64,000 nt of DNA, taken from Rhynchobatus australiae. Its lineage: Eukaryota. Positions within the stretch are counted from its first letter, which is position 1; each line of letters opens with the position of its first letter. Below, piece by piece: positions 63,641 to 64,000 of the stretch. The DNA lies in the NCBI GenBank assembly GCA_034780895.1, contig JAUZTB010000084.1, forward strand, positions 9,404,670 to 9,468,669. Direction: 5' to 3'. The notes under the pieces were generated by a model. That model ran no database searches and was not told the DNA's origin. It saw only the letters and a list, made by a program, of their open reading frames with translations. A program made the position numbers and the translations under genes.

Positions 63641-64000
63641 AAACTCGAAAGCAGGCAAACAAGTGCTCGAAAATGAAACAAAATTCGAATTTTCTGGAAG
63701 TGCTCAGCACCTCAGGCAGCATCAGATGACAGAAAAACAAAGGTAACATTTTGAGTCAAAGGACGACGGGCTGATCTTGCTGGCGTGTTTAATTGTATTG
63801 CTGAATTCGGTCTCCTCATTGAAAGGGAAACACCAACAACTGATAATGTTTAATGGTAACTGACAATGTTTCACCTCGTGGAGAATAGCTCGGTCCTGCA
63901 GTTTTGTCCGTGGCTAAAGACTCTGTACAGATCTGTTTCTGGCACGGTACATAATGTCCTAGAAGAGGCGTTGAACACTTAGCACAGGGAAGACGTTTCT

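Noticed and set aside
63902-64000. Possible mature exon for the 62856 leader (VLSVAKDSVQICFWHGT*CPRRG)
   Set aside because: In-frame stop, only two Cys, weak acceptor, and cut by the window edge.

Overview
Eukaryotic vertebrate DNA, most likely a cartilaginous fish (shark or ray), inferred from the GPCR type and the CR1, Rex-Babar and L1 repeat repertoire. The assembly is gappy, with many 100-N gaps. About half the window is decayed transposable elements: CR1 and Rex-Babar LINEs, an L1 ORF1, chromoviral Gypsy LTRs, a Tc1 end, a tRNA-SINE and Penelope fragments. Host genes: a birth-and-death cluster of four two-exon GPR139/GPR142-like class A GPCRs, one intact (5217-7132) and three disrupted. 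Not visible in the ORF track: a beta-defensin-like mature-peptide exon with a shifted first cysteine (minus, 38440-38552), a TATA-preceded defensin-type signal-peptide exon (plus, 62856-62955), a second candidate signal exon (minus, ~55.0-55.1 kb), a possible decayed cadherin-repeat relic and a tentative run of small phase-1 exons. The main hypothesis is that orphan GPCRs and defensin-like secreted peptides share one cluster. Family calls come from manual translation and motif recognition, not database searches.
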